A stretch of DNA of 63,670 nucleotides, filler included, from Octopus bimaculoides (GCF_001194135.2; 11 parts of 8 records of this genome joined end to end with filler, not necessarily neighbours in it); one strand, 5' to 3'; shown: positions 24,832 to 36,325, counted from the whole stretch's first letter. Numbers and translations: made by a program. Notes: generated from the sequence alone by a model not told the origin.

Positions 24832-24868
24832 NNNNNNNNNNNNNNNNNNNNNNNNNNNNNNNNNNNNN

Positions 24869-24906
<38 letters not shown>

Positions 24907-25286
24907 CCACACATACTGAGATTTATACATATACACACGCACATAAACTCACATTACATGTATGAATTACAATATTTAACTGCAAATGCTACTCCAAGAA
25001 GCTTTGTCACAATTAACATTGTAATTAGCAAATTTGGGGTAGCCGTTACCTACTTTGCAGGTCTGTCATCCGCTCATTATTAGTTATTTTTCATTCATTA
25101 TGCACCCAAGCTTAAATGTGATTAAGAACCTTGCTTTGTACTCCCACGGTCTCCGGATCCATCATCTTACATTCCTTTTTGACCAATCGTCTTCTATAAC
25201 ACACTGAGTTGTACCAAAGTATTGCGTGCCTAAGTTGTTATATTACATCTTCCAAATTGTGGAATGGTATCTCTTGTTAAGTGCAG

Positions 25287-25372
25287 AGGGTTGACATACG
25301 ACCCGTTGTATGCTGATAGATTTGACTTGCGGCTTGATTTAACAAACCCATCTGGATTTCGACTGCCTTCAG
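25287..25372 (+). CDS. Candidate internal exon A: GLTYDPLYADRFDLRLDLTNPSGFRLPS
   Basis: Acceptor ctcttgttaagtgcag, strong donor CAG|gtgagt, open frame. An alternative acceptor at 25281 is possible. Confidence 0.35.
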
Positions 25373-25560
25373 GTGAGTCCCTTCCATTACAAGCATACAG
25401 TCAATGCCTCCAGTTTGAGTACATCCCATGATTCATAGCTGTATCGCTATTTCACCGTCTGAGGCCGTAATGGAAGTTCGTATGATATCTATTTACTCTT
25501 CTTACTAAGCTACGAACAACAGAATTGAAGGGTGTCTTTCTACATTGGCAAATGTTTCAG

Positions 25561-25630
25561 AAGTTAGCAACTTTATACCGTACTTAGATTACATTTCTGT
25601 GGAAGTTCTTGATAGCGCAACCGACGATGG
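25561..25630 (+). CDS. Candidate internal exon B: (E)VSNFIPYLDYISVEVLDSATDD(G)
   Basis: Acceptor aatgtttcag, donor GG|gtatgt, phase-compatible with exon A across a 188-nt intron. Confidence 0.35.
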
Positions 25631-26081
25631 GTATGTTTCTGAGGTTGGGTCTAAGCAAAGAGAGGTGAGGTTTTAGAAGTAAATACTTTCCTTCATGATC
25701 AAATTCTTGATAATAAGTGAAGAACATCTAACATTCTAGAATTCTAGACGATCGTTTTACACTGCTAATGACGTGAATACGTATGTGTGTGCATATGAGC
25801 ATGTGTGTGCTTGTGTTTACGTCAATAAGTATACGCATACATACAAGCATGTGAATGTGTGAGTGCGTTTGCATATGCGATGGTGGGTGTTAATATCTGA
25901 GAGTGTGTGAGTGTGTGTGTGTGTGTGTGTCAATATATGCAGATGTATACATGTAAGGTGTTTTCGAAGAGTGTACATTATTAAAATATTTCTCGCTTTC
26001 TGCGTTGGAAGAAAATCTTATTTTGTGCTATTAATGTGTAAGGTTCTTCTTATGTTCAATATCGTAACCATATTCTTTGTC

Positions 26082-26117
<36 letters not shown>

Positions 26118-26792
26118 CGTGTGTTTGTGTGTACATGTGTGTGCATGAGTGCGTATATGAGTACATGTATGTGAGCGCGCATGCGGTGGGTGTGGGTAGA
26201 TTTTTCTCTCATACAGGTGCGTGACTGGCGTTTATCCATTTCGTTATCGAATCCGAATCTAGTATAACGATTTTGAGTAATCTTTTTAAAACGATATCAA
26301 ATAAAATGAAAGAAAACGAAATAAAACCTCATCCTAATTGAAGAGTTAAACCACTCGGGTGAGTTTGTGCCTATGTCAGCAGCTACTATTTATGTATGCA
26401 CCTATGTGTATGCATATTATTAAGGATGCGCATATATACATATATACACACATATGTGCATATATATACATGTATATATGCATATGCAAATACATCTAGG
26501 AATGTTGATACATATATATATATATATGCATTCACACGCATCCACACAGATAAATACATACGTAGGCACATAAAGAAAGGAAAAATGATGACGTACTGGA
26601 AGAGATGAAATGATAAGCTATTCACAAACTGTAACAGACTCTCATCATCATAAATACTACCAAATATGGATATAGATATATACACTTACACACGAAGACA
26701 CACACATATATATACACCTGTACGCATGCATACAAAAATACATATATACATTTCTGTACATATGGTTACACATACATATGTGTGTGTGTGTG

Positions 26793-26837
<45 letters not shown>

Positions 26838-26937
26838 NNNNNNNNNNNNNNNNNNNNNNNNNNNNNNNNNNNNNNNNNNNNTTAATTAATTAANNNNNNN
26901 NNNNNNNNNNNNNNNNNNNNNNNNNNNNNNNNNNNNN

Positions 26938-27262
26938 CATATCAAGATAAACAGCGCATGACCTAGCAGGTGGGGCCCAATAAGAATTTTCTTCAGGTCA
27001 AGTAGCCCATCCCGCTCAAAAGGTCCCTGAATAAAGTTTGTTTAAGGATTTTGAGCAAAACACCCATGTTTCCAAAGGTGAATTATTCAAACTCCAAAAC
27101 TACCTCTCAACACATGGCTATGATGCTCCCCCACTACTTCTGCTCATGATCAGAGATGCACATATCGTCAACCACTAAGGGTCATGCTCAACTGGTTAAG
27201 GTCAAACAACTGACAAGCAAATATGTGGTATTAAGCAGAATATTTGCCGTAGCCCATCTTTT
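26938..27262 (+). repeat. Interspersed repeat family D (second copy at 62025-62500)
   Basis: Long colinear similarity (catatcaagataaa...gcaggtggg...tcaagtagcccatccc...agagatgcacatat). Confidence 0.85.
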
Positions 27263-27284
27263 TATACCAAGACAAAACAATGTA

Positions 27285-27285
27285 C

Positions 27286-27354
<69 letters not shown>

Positions 27355-27534
27355 CATTATTATCATCATCATTATTATTATTCTTATTTTTATTATTGTA
27401 TTAAATCTCGCAGCTTATTTTGCTGGATATGATGGAAAGTGTCAGCTGTCCACAGCCAGAAGACTAAGGTGACCCTTGTTTACTGGTCATGCTTCAAGAA
27501 CCCTGCGAAGAATTCTTGCAGCTCCAAGCAATGA

Positions 27535-27588
<54 letters not shown>

Positions 27589-27590
27589 CA
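27285..27590 (-). mobile_element. 5'-truncated R4/Dong-like 3' end (about 27400-27533) between two (TAA)n tracts
   Basis: Minus strand reads LLGAARILRRVLEA* plus 3' UTR, with (ATT)n on both sides. Confidence 0.7.
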
Positions 27591-27789
27591 TTATTCAGTA
27601 GTTTTATTTTTATAACGTGCTTTCNNNNNNNNNNNNNNNNNNNNNNNNNNNNNNNNNNNNNNNNNNNNNNNNNNNNNNNNNNNNNNNNNNNNNNNNNNNN
27701 NNNNNNNNNNNNNNNNNNNNNNNNNNNNNNNNNNNNNNNNNNNNNNNNNNNNNNNNNNNNNNNNNNNNNNNNNNNNNNNNNNNNNNNNG

Positions 27790-28070
27790 CTATTCCATAA
27801 TGTTGGCATAGCTTCCAGTGTATATAGGTCCCCGCTCTGTCGTGTCTGTGAATATATTCCTTCTTAGCCAGGACTGGGCAGCCAGAGATAATATGATTTA
27901 TTGTTTCTTGTCGATCTCCACATATTCTACAGTTACTTGTTATATTTCTTTTCATTATGTGTTTTTGGTAATTTCTGGTGGGGAGGCTTTGATCTTGTGC
28001 AGCAATTAAAAATCCTTCAGTCTCTGCTTTGAGTCCTGAGCTTCTCAGCCATTGCTGGGATTTTTCTCTG

Positions 28071-28072
<2 letters not shown>
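27790..28072 (-). mobile_element. R4/Dong-like LINE fragment (CCHC zinc-knuckle region)
   Basis: WLRSSGLKAETEGFLIAAQDQSLPTRNY...CRICGDRQETINHIISGCPVLAKKEYIHRHD. Confidence 0.9.
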
Positions 28073-28119
<47 letters not shown>

Positions 28120-28121
<2 letters not shown>

Positions 28122-29855
28122 TTCATTTACACAAAACAGATTAGCCTTAATATTGGGCTACAAGTAACCTTAGATGCCAAGAACCCTCCTAAGTATCCTA
28201 GCTATCCCTAATAACACTGGAGCTGCACTAATCTGGGTTTTATACCTATTTCCTCTATCCATCTGTTCAAATATTTAGGGATAGTTCCTAACGCACCCTG
28301 TAGAGCGCCTTTACGGACCCGGATTTTCCAGGGCCGCCGAGAGCGCACCGGACGCCGCCCGAGATGCGGCGCTCTACAGGGGTACATTTTACCCGCACCT
28401 TTCATAGTCTCTGTAATTCAATGGATAGGCCTTGATACTTTGCTATCTTTTCTATACCTCTCATATTGATTTATTTCATCATTTGGGACTGTAAAGTTAA
28501 TCATCTGGCACTTTCTACTGTCTTTGTCCACTACCAAATCAGGCCTTCTAGCTTCTATTACTCTGTTAGTTTGAATGTTAAAGTCCCACAATATCTTATA
28601 TTTTTTCTTTATGTTCATACCATTTGTCAGTAAGGTCAAATCCTAGCTTTCTACATAACTCCCAGTGGTTTACTCTCCGTAGGTTATCATGTCTTTTCTG
28701 GTATTCTTTCTGTGCCAGCATGCTACATTCACTTATATGAGTAACACTTTCCTCTTTTGATTTGCATAATCTACATTGGGAATCTACTTAGTTTTTGTCT
28801 ATTTTGGGTTTTATCCAATTAGTCCTTAATTCTTGATCTTATGCAGCTACTAAAAAACTTTGTGTCTCCCTCTTCAGCTTTCCTTTCTGCAAACATAACC
28901 ATATCTCATTAGTACTATTTGCTGCAACTATCTTTGGAAATCTACCGCGCAAAGCTTTCTCCTGCCAGTCAGATGACTTTTGTTCTTTTTTCTAGTTTTT
29001 GTTTCATTTCGCTTTTTAGTTTCCCTATGTCCTGCTGCTACTCTAGCAGCTCTTGGTAAACTTTCTTCACTATTACCTACATAGGAGTCTATATCTACTC
29101 TGGCTAACTCCACGCAATCTTAGCCCTCTTCCACCTTCCTCAGGTATATTCAGTCAAGACAGAGGTTAACATTTTATACATTGTTGTTAAGCAGGTTATG
29201 GGTCTATAATATTTTGGTTCATTTGTTTCTTCATTTTCTAGAAGTAGGAATGTTACGCCATTAACTAGCCAAGAGAGAATCATACTAGGTTGTTGCAAAA
29301 CAATGTTGTGAAGCTTTGTTAGCAGTTCATGGCTCTCTGGGAAAGCATTCAACCAGAAGTTAAGAATCTTATCCTTTCCTGGAGACTTCCATTTGCTTGA
29401 CTTCCTGAGAGTAGATCTTACAACATCTATCTTGATACCCTCCCATTTTTGCTCTTCTAAGAAGTCTAAGTCTGTAGATATTTTATCAATCCAAGGGGCA
29501 TTTTCATTGTGTTTTTTCTTCTGCCCAAATTTTATTCCAAAATTCCTGCACTTCTTTTGATGGGAAAGACTTTATTGTAACTTGTATTTTCCCTATTTTC
29601 TAGTAAAGATTTTTTGAGTCATTTTTTAACATGTCCTTGAAGAATCTAACGCGACTTTCATACCTTGCTATGCGGGCGGCTTTAGCACATACCTTTTGCT
29701 TGACAGTTTCTTTGGTGGTATCGATGTCAAATATAGTTTTCATATATTTTTTTTATAATATTCGGGTTTTTGTAGGTTTGATAGTCTTGTAGGCTTGATA
29801 GTCTTACGCGCACTTTCCATGGTCTCTGTAATTCAATGGCATAGCTTCCAGTGTA

Positions 29856-29860
<5 letters not shown>
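28120..29860 (-). mobile_element. Internally deleted R4/Dong-like LINE (RT N-terminal part, REL endonuclease, 3' UTR) flanked by (TAA)n
   Basis: YRPITCLTTMYKMLTSVL, KILWDFNIQTNRVIEARRPDLVV, GALGTIPKYL and ARILRRVLGI*; (ATT)n at about 28073-28120 and 29858-29943. Confidence 0.9.
28318..28375 (-). rRNA. 58-nt 28S rRNA fragment inserted in the LINE (not a functional gene)
   Basis: GGCGGCGTCCGGTGCGCTCTCGGCGGCCCTGGAAAATCCGGG matches the conserved eukaryotic 28S segment GGCGGCGTCCGGTGAGCTCTCGCTGGCCCTTGAAAATCCGGG (recalled, not searched). Confidence 0.75.
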
Positions 29861-29918
<58 letters not shown>

Positions 29919-29944
29919 CATTATTATTATTTATTATTATTATT

Positions 29945-30140
29945 AAGGCGGCGAGCTGACAGAATCGTTAGCATGCCGGGTGAAATGCGTTATGAGTTCT
30001 ACGTTCTTAGTTCAAATTCTGCCGAGGTCGACTTTGCCTTTTATCCTTTCGGAGTCGATAAATTCAGTACCAGTGAAGCACTGGGGTAGACGTAATCGAC
30101 TAGCTCACACCCCAAAAATTTCAGGCCTTGTGCCTATCGT
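29945..30140 (+). mobile_element. SINE family B
   Basis: aaggcggcgagctgacagaatcgttagc...gttcaaattctgccgaggtcgactttgcc. Confidence 0.9.
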
Positions 30141-30269
30141 AGAAAAGATTGTTATTATTACTGTTGTTGTTATTATTGTTGTTGTTGTCTTTGTTGTTGC
30201 TGTTGTTATTATTATACGAAAGCTATTACTTGCTAATTAATTAACAGAAATATTAACCTGGCATTGGTG

Positions 30270-30547
30270 ACAAGTCTCCTCAAATCACAAATGTTGTTTC
30301 AGAGTTCTCGCAGAATAAATATGCCTCTTTTTTGCATGTTAACATAACGCATCTCAATTTCAGTACCCTTCAGATTCTTAGGTAATGGTTTGAGTACATC
30401 AATAACTAGAACAACAATTTTCACCCTTATGTTTCACATTCTTTTCATCCCATTAACTGGATCCTGATATTTTTTCAATTTCCTCAGTCTCTTTGATATC
30501 CATTATACTATCATACGGGATTGCAAAGTCAATGATCTCACACTATT

Positions 30548-30550
<3 letters not shown>
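30270..30550 (-). mobile_element. R4/Dong-like REL C-terminal fragment
   Basis: CEIIDFAIPYDSIMDIKETEE...IRVKIVVLVI..LKPLPKNLK. Confidence 0.75.
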
Positions 30551-30641
<91 letters not shown>

Positions 30642-31107
30642 CCATGACCATCTCCGCGCTCCTTGCTTCAACAGTAAGATCATTATCTATGGAGAAATTC
30701 ATAAACCCATGTAAATATCATTCACCATTTTAGCCTCTGTTTCCATCACTTCAAATCCACAAATTCGACTCTAAAAAATTAGTGCATTCTCTTACCGGTA
30801 CAGCCATGTCTACATTTGTACTCTTTTTATGCTAGCTTACTGCATTGACTTGTGTTCAAATACCATTGAGCTCGACTCTGCCTAACATTCATTCGGGGTC
30901 GATAAGATGTCAGACACACGCCTTTCGTGTTTATTTAAATAGATTTGATGCTCTTTAATATTTATAAAGGACTTGAAAGCTTCCTTCGCATCATTATATC
31001 TGTTATTTTGATATCAGTATCACTTCCCAGAATGGACCATCACTAGAGCGATAACCGAATTTTAAATTTTTATTTAAATTTATCAAACTTTTATTAATTT
31101 TTTATTA

Positions 31108-31465
31108 GAAGGCGTGGCTGTGTGGTATGAAGCTTGCTTCCCAACCGCATGGTTCCAGGTTCAGTTGCACTACGTGGCACTTCAGCCAAGAGTCTTTTAC
31201 TATAATTTCAGGCCGATTAAAGCCTTCTGAGATGATTTTGTAAATGGAAACTGAAAGTAACCCGTCGTTTGTATTAGTCCCCCACCACCACTTAACAACC
31301 GATGTTGGTATGTTTACGTCCCCGTAACCTAGCGGTTCGGCAAAAGAACCCAATAGAATAAGTGCTGAGTTTGAAATTAAAGTCCTGGGTCGATTTGTTC
31401 AACTGAAAAGCATTTCAAGGCGGTGCCCCAGTATGGCCGCAGCCAAGTTACTGAAACAAGTAAAA
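31108..31465 (+). mobile_element. SINE family A, near full length
   Basis: Colinear with 9648-10045. Confidence 0.9.
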
Positions 31466-31646
31466 GAAGAAGAGAAAAAAAGAAATTTTTCACTATAGGA
31501 AAGCAAAAATTAAGTACAAAAACTGGTTTGTTTCAGATGTTTGTTTATTTCAATAGATTTATGCAATGTACACTATAATAACTAAAATTTGGTTGGTTGT
31601 GATGACTTCAGTTCCGAGAATGACATGCATTATTAAACTGTATTTA

Positions 31647-31810
31647 AGGTGGCGAGCTGGCAGAATCGTTAGCCTGCTGAGTGAAATGGTTATTGGTATT
31701 TCGTCCAACCTTGCGTTCTGAGTCGTCGAGGTCGGCTTTGCCATCTATCCTTTCGGTGCCGATGAAATAAATACCAGTTACGCACTAGGGTCGATGTAAT
31801 CGACTTGTGC
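31647..31810 (+). mobile_element. SINE family B
   Basis: aaggtggcgagctggcagaatcgttagc... Confidence 0.85.
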
Positions 31811-31985
31811 TATAGTAGAAAGGATTATTAAATTGGATTAGTCAGTGAATTATATTTATATTCTTGTCGTCAGCTGTGGTGATTTTGTCGCTGTTCTTCA
31901 AGAATCCCTCGATGTTTGGGTCAAAGTTGATCAAAATAAGTAGATATTTTTACAAGACAAGCTATGGAAGAATTCAGCCTTCTTT

Positions 31986-32116
31986 CTACCTTGGTGCGGC
32001 CCCTGGAACGAAGTCTGATGGTAGGGTGTCTGGGACGTGGGCGGGTACATCATGGGCAAGTGCGGCACCTGGAAACTTGACTGAGTTTGCAACTTCAGCA
32101 CCATAGGCGTTGTTTA
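31986..32116 (-). CDS. Last coding exon of a small secreted-peptide gene: (V)NNAYGAEVANSVKFPGAALAHDVPAHVPDTLPSDFVPGAAPR*
   Basis: Acceptor cattcatattttag ending at 32117; GC-richer open frame to TAG at 31988-31986; phase 1 matches the upstream exon. Confidence 0.75.
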
Positions 32117-33446
32117 CTAAAATATGAATGTCGACACATTAATATATATANNNNNNNNNNNNNNNNNNNNNNNNNNNNNNNNNNNNNNNNNNNNNNNNNN
32201 NNNNNNNNNNNNNNNNNNNNNNNNNNNNNNNNNNNNNNNNNNNNNNNNNNNNNNNNNNNNNNNNNNNNNNNNNNNNNNNNNNNNNNNNNNNNNNNNNNNN
32301 NNNNNNNNNNNNNNNNNNNNNNNNNNNNNNNNNNNNNNNNNNNNNNNNNNNNNNNNNNNNNNNNNNNNNNNNNNNNNNNNNNNNNNNNNNNNNNNNNNNN
32401 NNNNNNNNNNNNNNNNNNNNNNNNNNNNNNNNNNNNNNNNNNNNNNNNNNNNNNNNNNNNNNNNNNNNNNNNNNNNNNNNNNNNNNNNNNNNNNNNNNNN
32501 NNNNNNNNNNNNNNNNNNNNNNNNNNNNNNNNNNNNNNNNNNNNNNNNNNNNNNNNNNNNNNNNNNNNNNNNNNNNNNNNNNNNNNNNNNNNNNNNNNNN
32601 NNNNNNNNNNNNNNNNNNNNNNNNNNNNNNNNNNNNNNNNNNNNNNNNNNNNNNNNNNNNNNNNNNNNNNNNNNNNNNNNNNNNNNNNNNNNNNNNNNNN
32701 NNNNNNNNNNNNNNNNNNNNNNNNNNNNNNNNNNNNNNNNNNNNNNNNNNNNNNNNNNNNNNNNNNNNNNNNNNNNNNNNNNNNNNNNNNNNNNNNNNNN
32801 NNNNNNNNNNNNNNNNNNNNNNNNNNNNNNNNNNNNNNNNNNNNNNNNNNNNNNNNNNNNNNNNNNNNNNNNNNNNNNNNNNNNNNNNNNNNNNNNNNNN
32901 NNNNNNNNNNNNNNNNNNNNNNNNNNNNNNNNNNNNNNNNNNNNNNNNNNNNNNNNNNNNNNNNNNNNNNNNNNNNNNNNNNNNNNNNNNNNNNNNNNNN
33001 NNNNNNNNNNNNNNNNNNNNNNNNNNNNNNNNNNNNNNNNATATATATATATATATATATACAGGGTAAAGACCAAGTTTCTATCCGAGGCGCAGCCCGT
33101 TCAGGGAATCAAATTCACTATCTCATGATTGTGAGCCCAACACTCTAATCACTAAGCCATGCGCCTTTACGTGTATATATTCCTTTACTGTTGATTGTCG
33201 GGATAAAGACGGCTCAGTAGCATAGTAGAGATTAATAATATATTTTATTTTTGTTGATTCAATCTGTTGCTACTTTGAGTTTCGTCTGTGGATGCACAGG
33301 GTATTTAGGCAAGCTATGCCACATGCATAAATTTGTACACTTTTAATGTGTACAAATTATGTAAATCCAAGTAATTAGCTTCATGTGGCATGAATAATAT
33401 CTAGTGTTGTATTATATGAAAGTTAAAGAAATGTATCCATACTTAC

Positions 33447-33498
33447 CAATTGTAAACAGGCAAAGAAAAGCAAACAGCAGTAACATTGTGACCTTCAT
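33447..33498 (-). CDS. Signal-peptide exon MKVTMLLLFAFLCLFTI(V) (exon 33508-33447 including 10 nt of 5' UTR)
   Basis: Acceptor ttttttctacag, aacaATG context, hydrophobic core, consensus donor G|gtaagt. Confidence 0.8.
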
Positions 33499-34874
33499 TG
33501 TTTTTTATCTGTAGAAAAAAACAACAACAATGAATACAACAACAAGTTTTACTTGCCAACTCATAATGATTACAAGGTGATGATTATTAGTTGGTGTCTT
33601 AGTCTAACTCTGATTGGTCCTGGTTACGTAAGACTATGATCAAAGATCACTGGCATAGGGCATGTAAAACAGCAATTAACAATTTGTCATTTCCTTTATA
33701 AAAACAAAATTCATTATTCTTATGGGGAGTAAGCTGCTATTTCTAGTAAGCCAAGATGACATATATATATATATCTATATATCTATATATATATATATAT
33801 ATNNNNNNNNNNNNNNNNNNNNNNNNNNNNNNNNNNNNNNNNNNNNNNNNNNNNNNNNNNNNNNNNNNNNNNNNNNNNNNNNNNNNNNNNNNNNNNNNNN
33901 NNNNNNNNNNNNNNNNNNNNNNNNNNNNNNNNNNNNNNNNNNNNNNNNNNNNNNNNNNNNNNNNNNNNNNNNNNNNNNNNNNNNNNNNNNNNNTATATAG
34001 GCTCCTCCCGTTAAATTGTTTTAATTGATAGTAGTTATGACTTCTGGGATTTTATTGAAAACTTCACCAACGTCATCATAGTAAATAGATTATAGTTATG
34101 GCTAACTCCTAGTTATCCTGTTTTATGTGTTGCTGTTATACAATATCAGCTAACTTATGTACGACATTTATGAAGTCAGTTCAATAATATGCTGAAATTT
34201 ACAGATTCATCGCTCCAGCTAAACCGTGATTCCACCTAGAACTACATTGCACAATCCGACATGCAGTGTGAATGTCGAGACATTGTATCATCTTGTTATA
34301 TTTCTTTCTGCATCTGTCTGCGAGTAGATTTTGGGTAATGGCCAAGATAATAGATTAGATAGACTTTTAGAGAATGGTAGCTGTTATTCTTCCCTTTAAA
34401 CTATCGCTTGATCTAATAGAAATAGAAACCAAATCACCTTCAAAATTCACACTTTACTACTAAAATTTGATGAATGTAGTTCATTGTAAATACATCACAG
34501 TAGATTTCATCACAGAAAATTAAATCAAATGTATCACCGCCTGTTAATTTCATCTGATATTTCGAGACGATAGATTGTCCGTAAATTCATTGGTATACCG
34601 GACACATCGTTTTAAAATTAATCATCATGCATTTTATTCACAGTACAAATTCATCGCTAAACATTATTTACTGTTTTGCTTTGTATTGTAAATAAACAGC
34701 ATTTCATTAACAATGAAGCAGAAATTCTAAAGCGAAACATTTGCATTTACAATTAGAAAATTTTCACAATACTTAGAAAAAGGAATCATCGAGAACTGAA
34801 GTAATGCTCGCAATAATTTTGCACAAAATAATTTTACACAAAATATTTTACACAAAATATTGAATAGAACTTAC

Positions 34875-34932
34875 CTGTCGATTGACTGGAAATGTAAACT
34901 GATTCTTCAAAAATTATACCCCTATATTTATA
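34875..34932 (-). promoter_or_regulatory. TATA box (34932-34927), Inr TCAGTT (+1 about 34900) and 26-nt non-coding exon 1 ending CAG|gtaagt
   Basis: TATAAA starts 32 nt upstream of the A of a perfect TCAKTY initiator, followed by a consensus donor at 34874. Confidence 0.65.
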
Positions 34933-36149
34933 TAAACCTGAAAACATCTGTTTTAAATCAGCTGTGACATCAAGCGTGATATTTTGTATCTAAGAGATTA
35001 TAAACAATAGAGTAAGTCTGTAAATAATAAATGCTTTTATTGTTATCGTGGTAAGCATTTTTATAGACTATTGTTCGTTAAATCGTACTTATTTTGCTGA
35101 ATCTTTCTTAACCAACTAATCTTTTAAAACCAACTAAAGCCTCTTAAATGCATGACTGAATACCAAACATCAATATATGGATTACTGTTTTATAAAGATT
35201 AAAGGCTATCTTTTATTAATTAATGCTGTTATTTTAATCAGCTCAAATCCCGGAAACATTGATAGTCAATGAATGTCAAAATCACATAGAATTGGAATCA
35301 GAAGAATTCTTAGAACGTTTCTTCCCTCCCCAATTTAAAGTAGTAAATCGTTTGACCACATTTTTTGTGATCCTAATTGTTAAAGTAGCTTCATAGTTAG
35401 ACATCAATTAGCAAATATATACTATAGTCAAAGACCACCAACTGTAAAATTGTCGTGATTAGAATTATTGTATATCTAAAAGAAATCTCAAAAAAACTGA
35501 TGGAAAATAGTGTGCAATAATTACAAAAAAGATACGAGTTCCTGTCTATCTTAAAAGGGACTGGGAAGATATGGGAAGATAGAAAATAACGCTGAAGGGA
35601 TTTTTTCATAGAAAATAACAAACGAAATTTAGAAGATAATTAAGAATGTAAAGCATTATATATGCAAAATACTCTTAATGAAAAATTGTACCTAAGTGTG
35701 TTATTAGACTTCCTAATGGCGAACCAAGTAAGTATCCAAGATGAAATTTTGAAGGGACATATTCGTTAAAAATGATACTATTAGCGGCGGAGGCAGTATT
35801 AATACCGAGAGTTACTATATATCGCCACTCAAACGTGGATGTTATGCTAGAATAAACTTTACTGCAGTAGATACCATGAGAGAAACTCTCCTATAGGCTT
35901 TTGGTGCAAAATGCACTCTTGTGAATATCACTAGCGGAGAGATAAATTCCCACCAACTCCAGCACCAAGACCACCAGCTCACGGGATTTCTACCTTCTTT
36001 TGTCTTGTCAATGATAGACACTCGACCGTTAGCGATAGCAGTTACTTATCTCTTTCAGTATATATAGAAATTCAGTGCCAGATTGATGTAACGATTAAAC
36101 AGTGAAATTATTAATAATATACACTGAATACAAGTGTGTGTGTGTGTGT

Positions 36150-36325
36150 GTGTGAGACTGTGTTTGACAACCGATGCTTGTTTACGTCCCCGCGACTTTG
36201 TGGTTCGCCAAAAGTGAATAAGTAGCGGAATAAGTACTTTGAAAATAAGTACTTGGGATCAATTTATTCAAGTAAACCTTTCGAGGTGGTATTCCAGCAT
36301 CAACCGCAGTCCAATATCTAAAGAC
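36150..36325 (+). mobile_element. SINE family A, 3' half
   Basis: ttgacaaccgatgc...tttacgtcccc...aataagtac. Confidence 0.75.

Noticed and set aside
26218-26360. Acceptor ttctctcatacag and donor CGG|gtgagt as a continuation of the 25287-25630 exons
   Set aside because: All three frames stop before the donor.
30303-30381. Apparent plus-strand exon with good splice sites (FSQNKYASFLHVNITHLNFSTLQIL)
   Set aside because: It is the antisense of an R4/Dong-like C-terminal fragment.
34875-34937. 63-nt phase 1-1 coding exon (LYKYRGIIFEESVYISSQST)
   Set aside because: Better explained as TATA + Inr + non-coding exon 1, since the next exon carries its own ATG and signal peptide.
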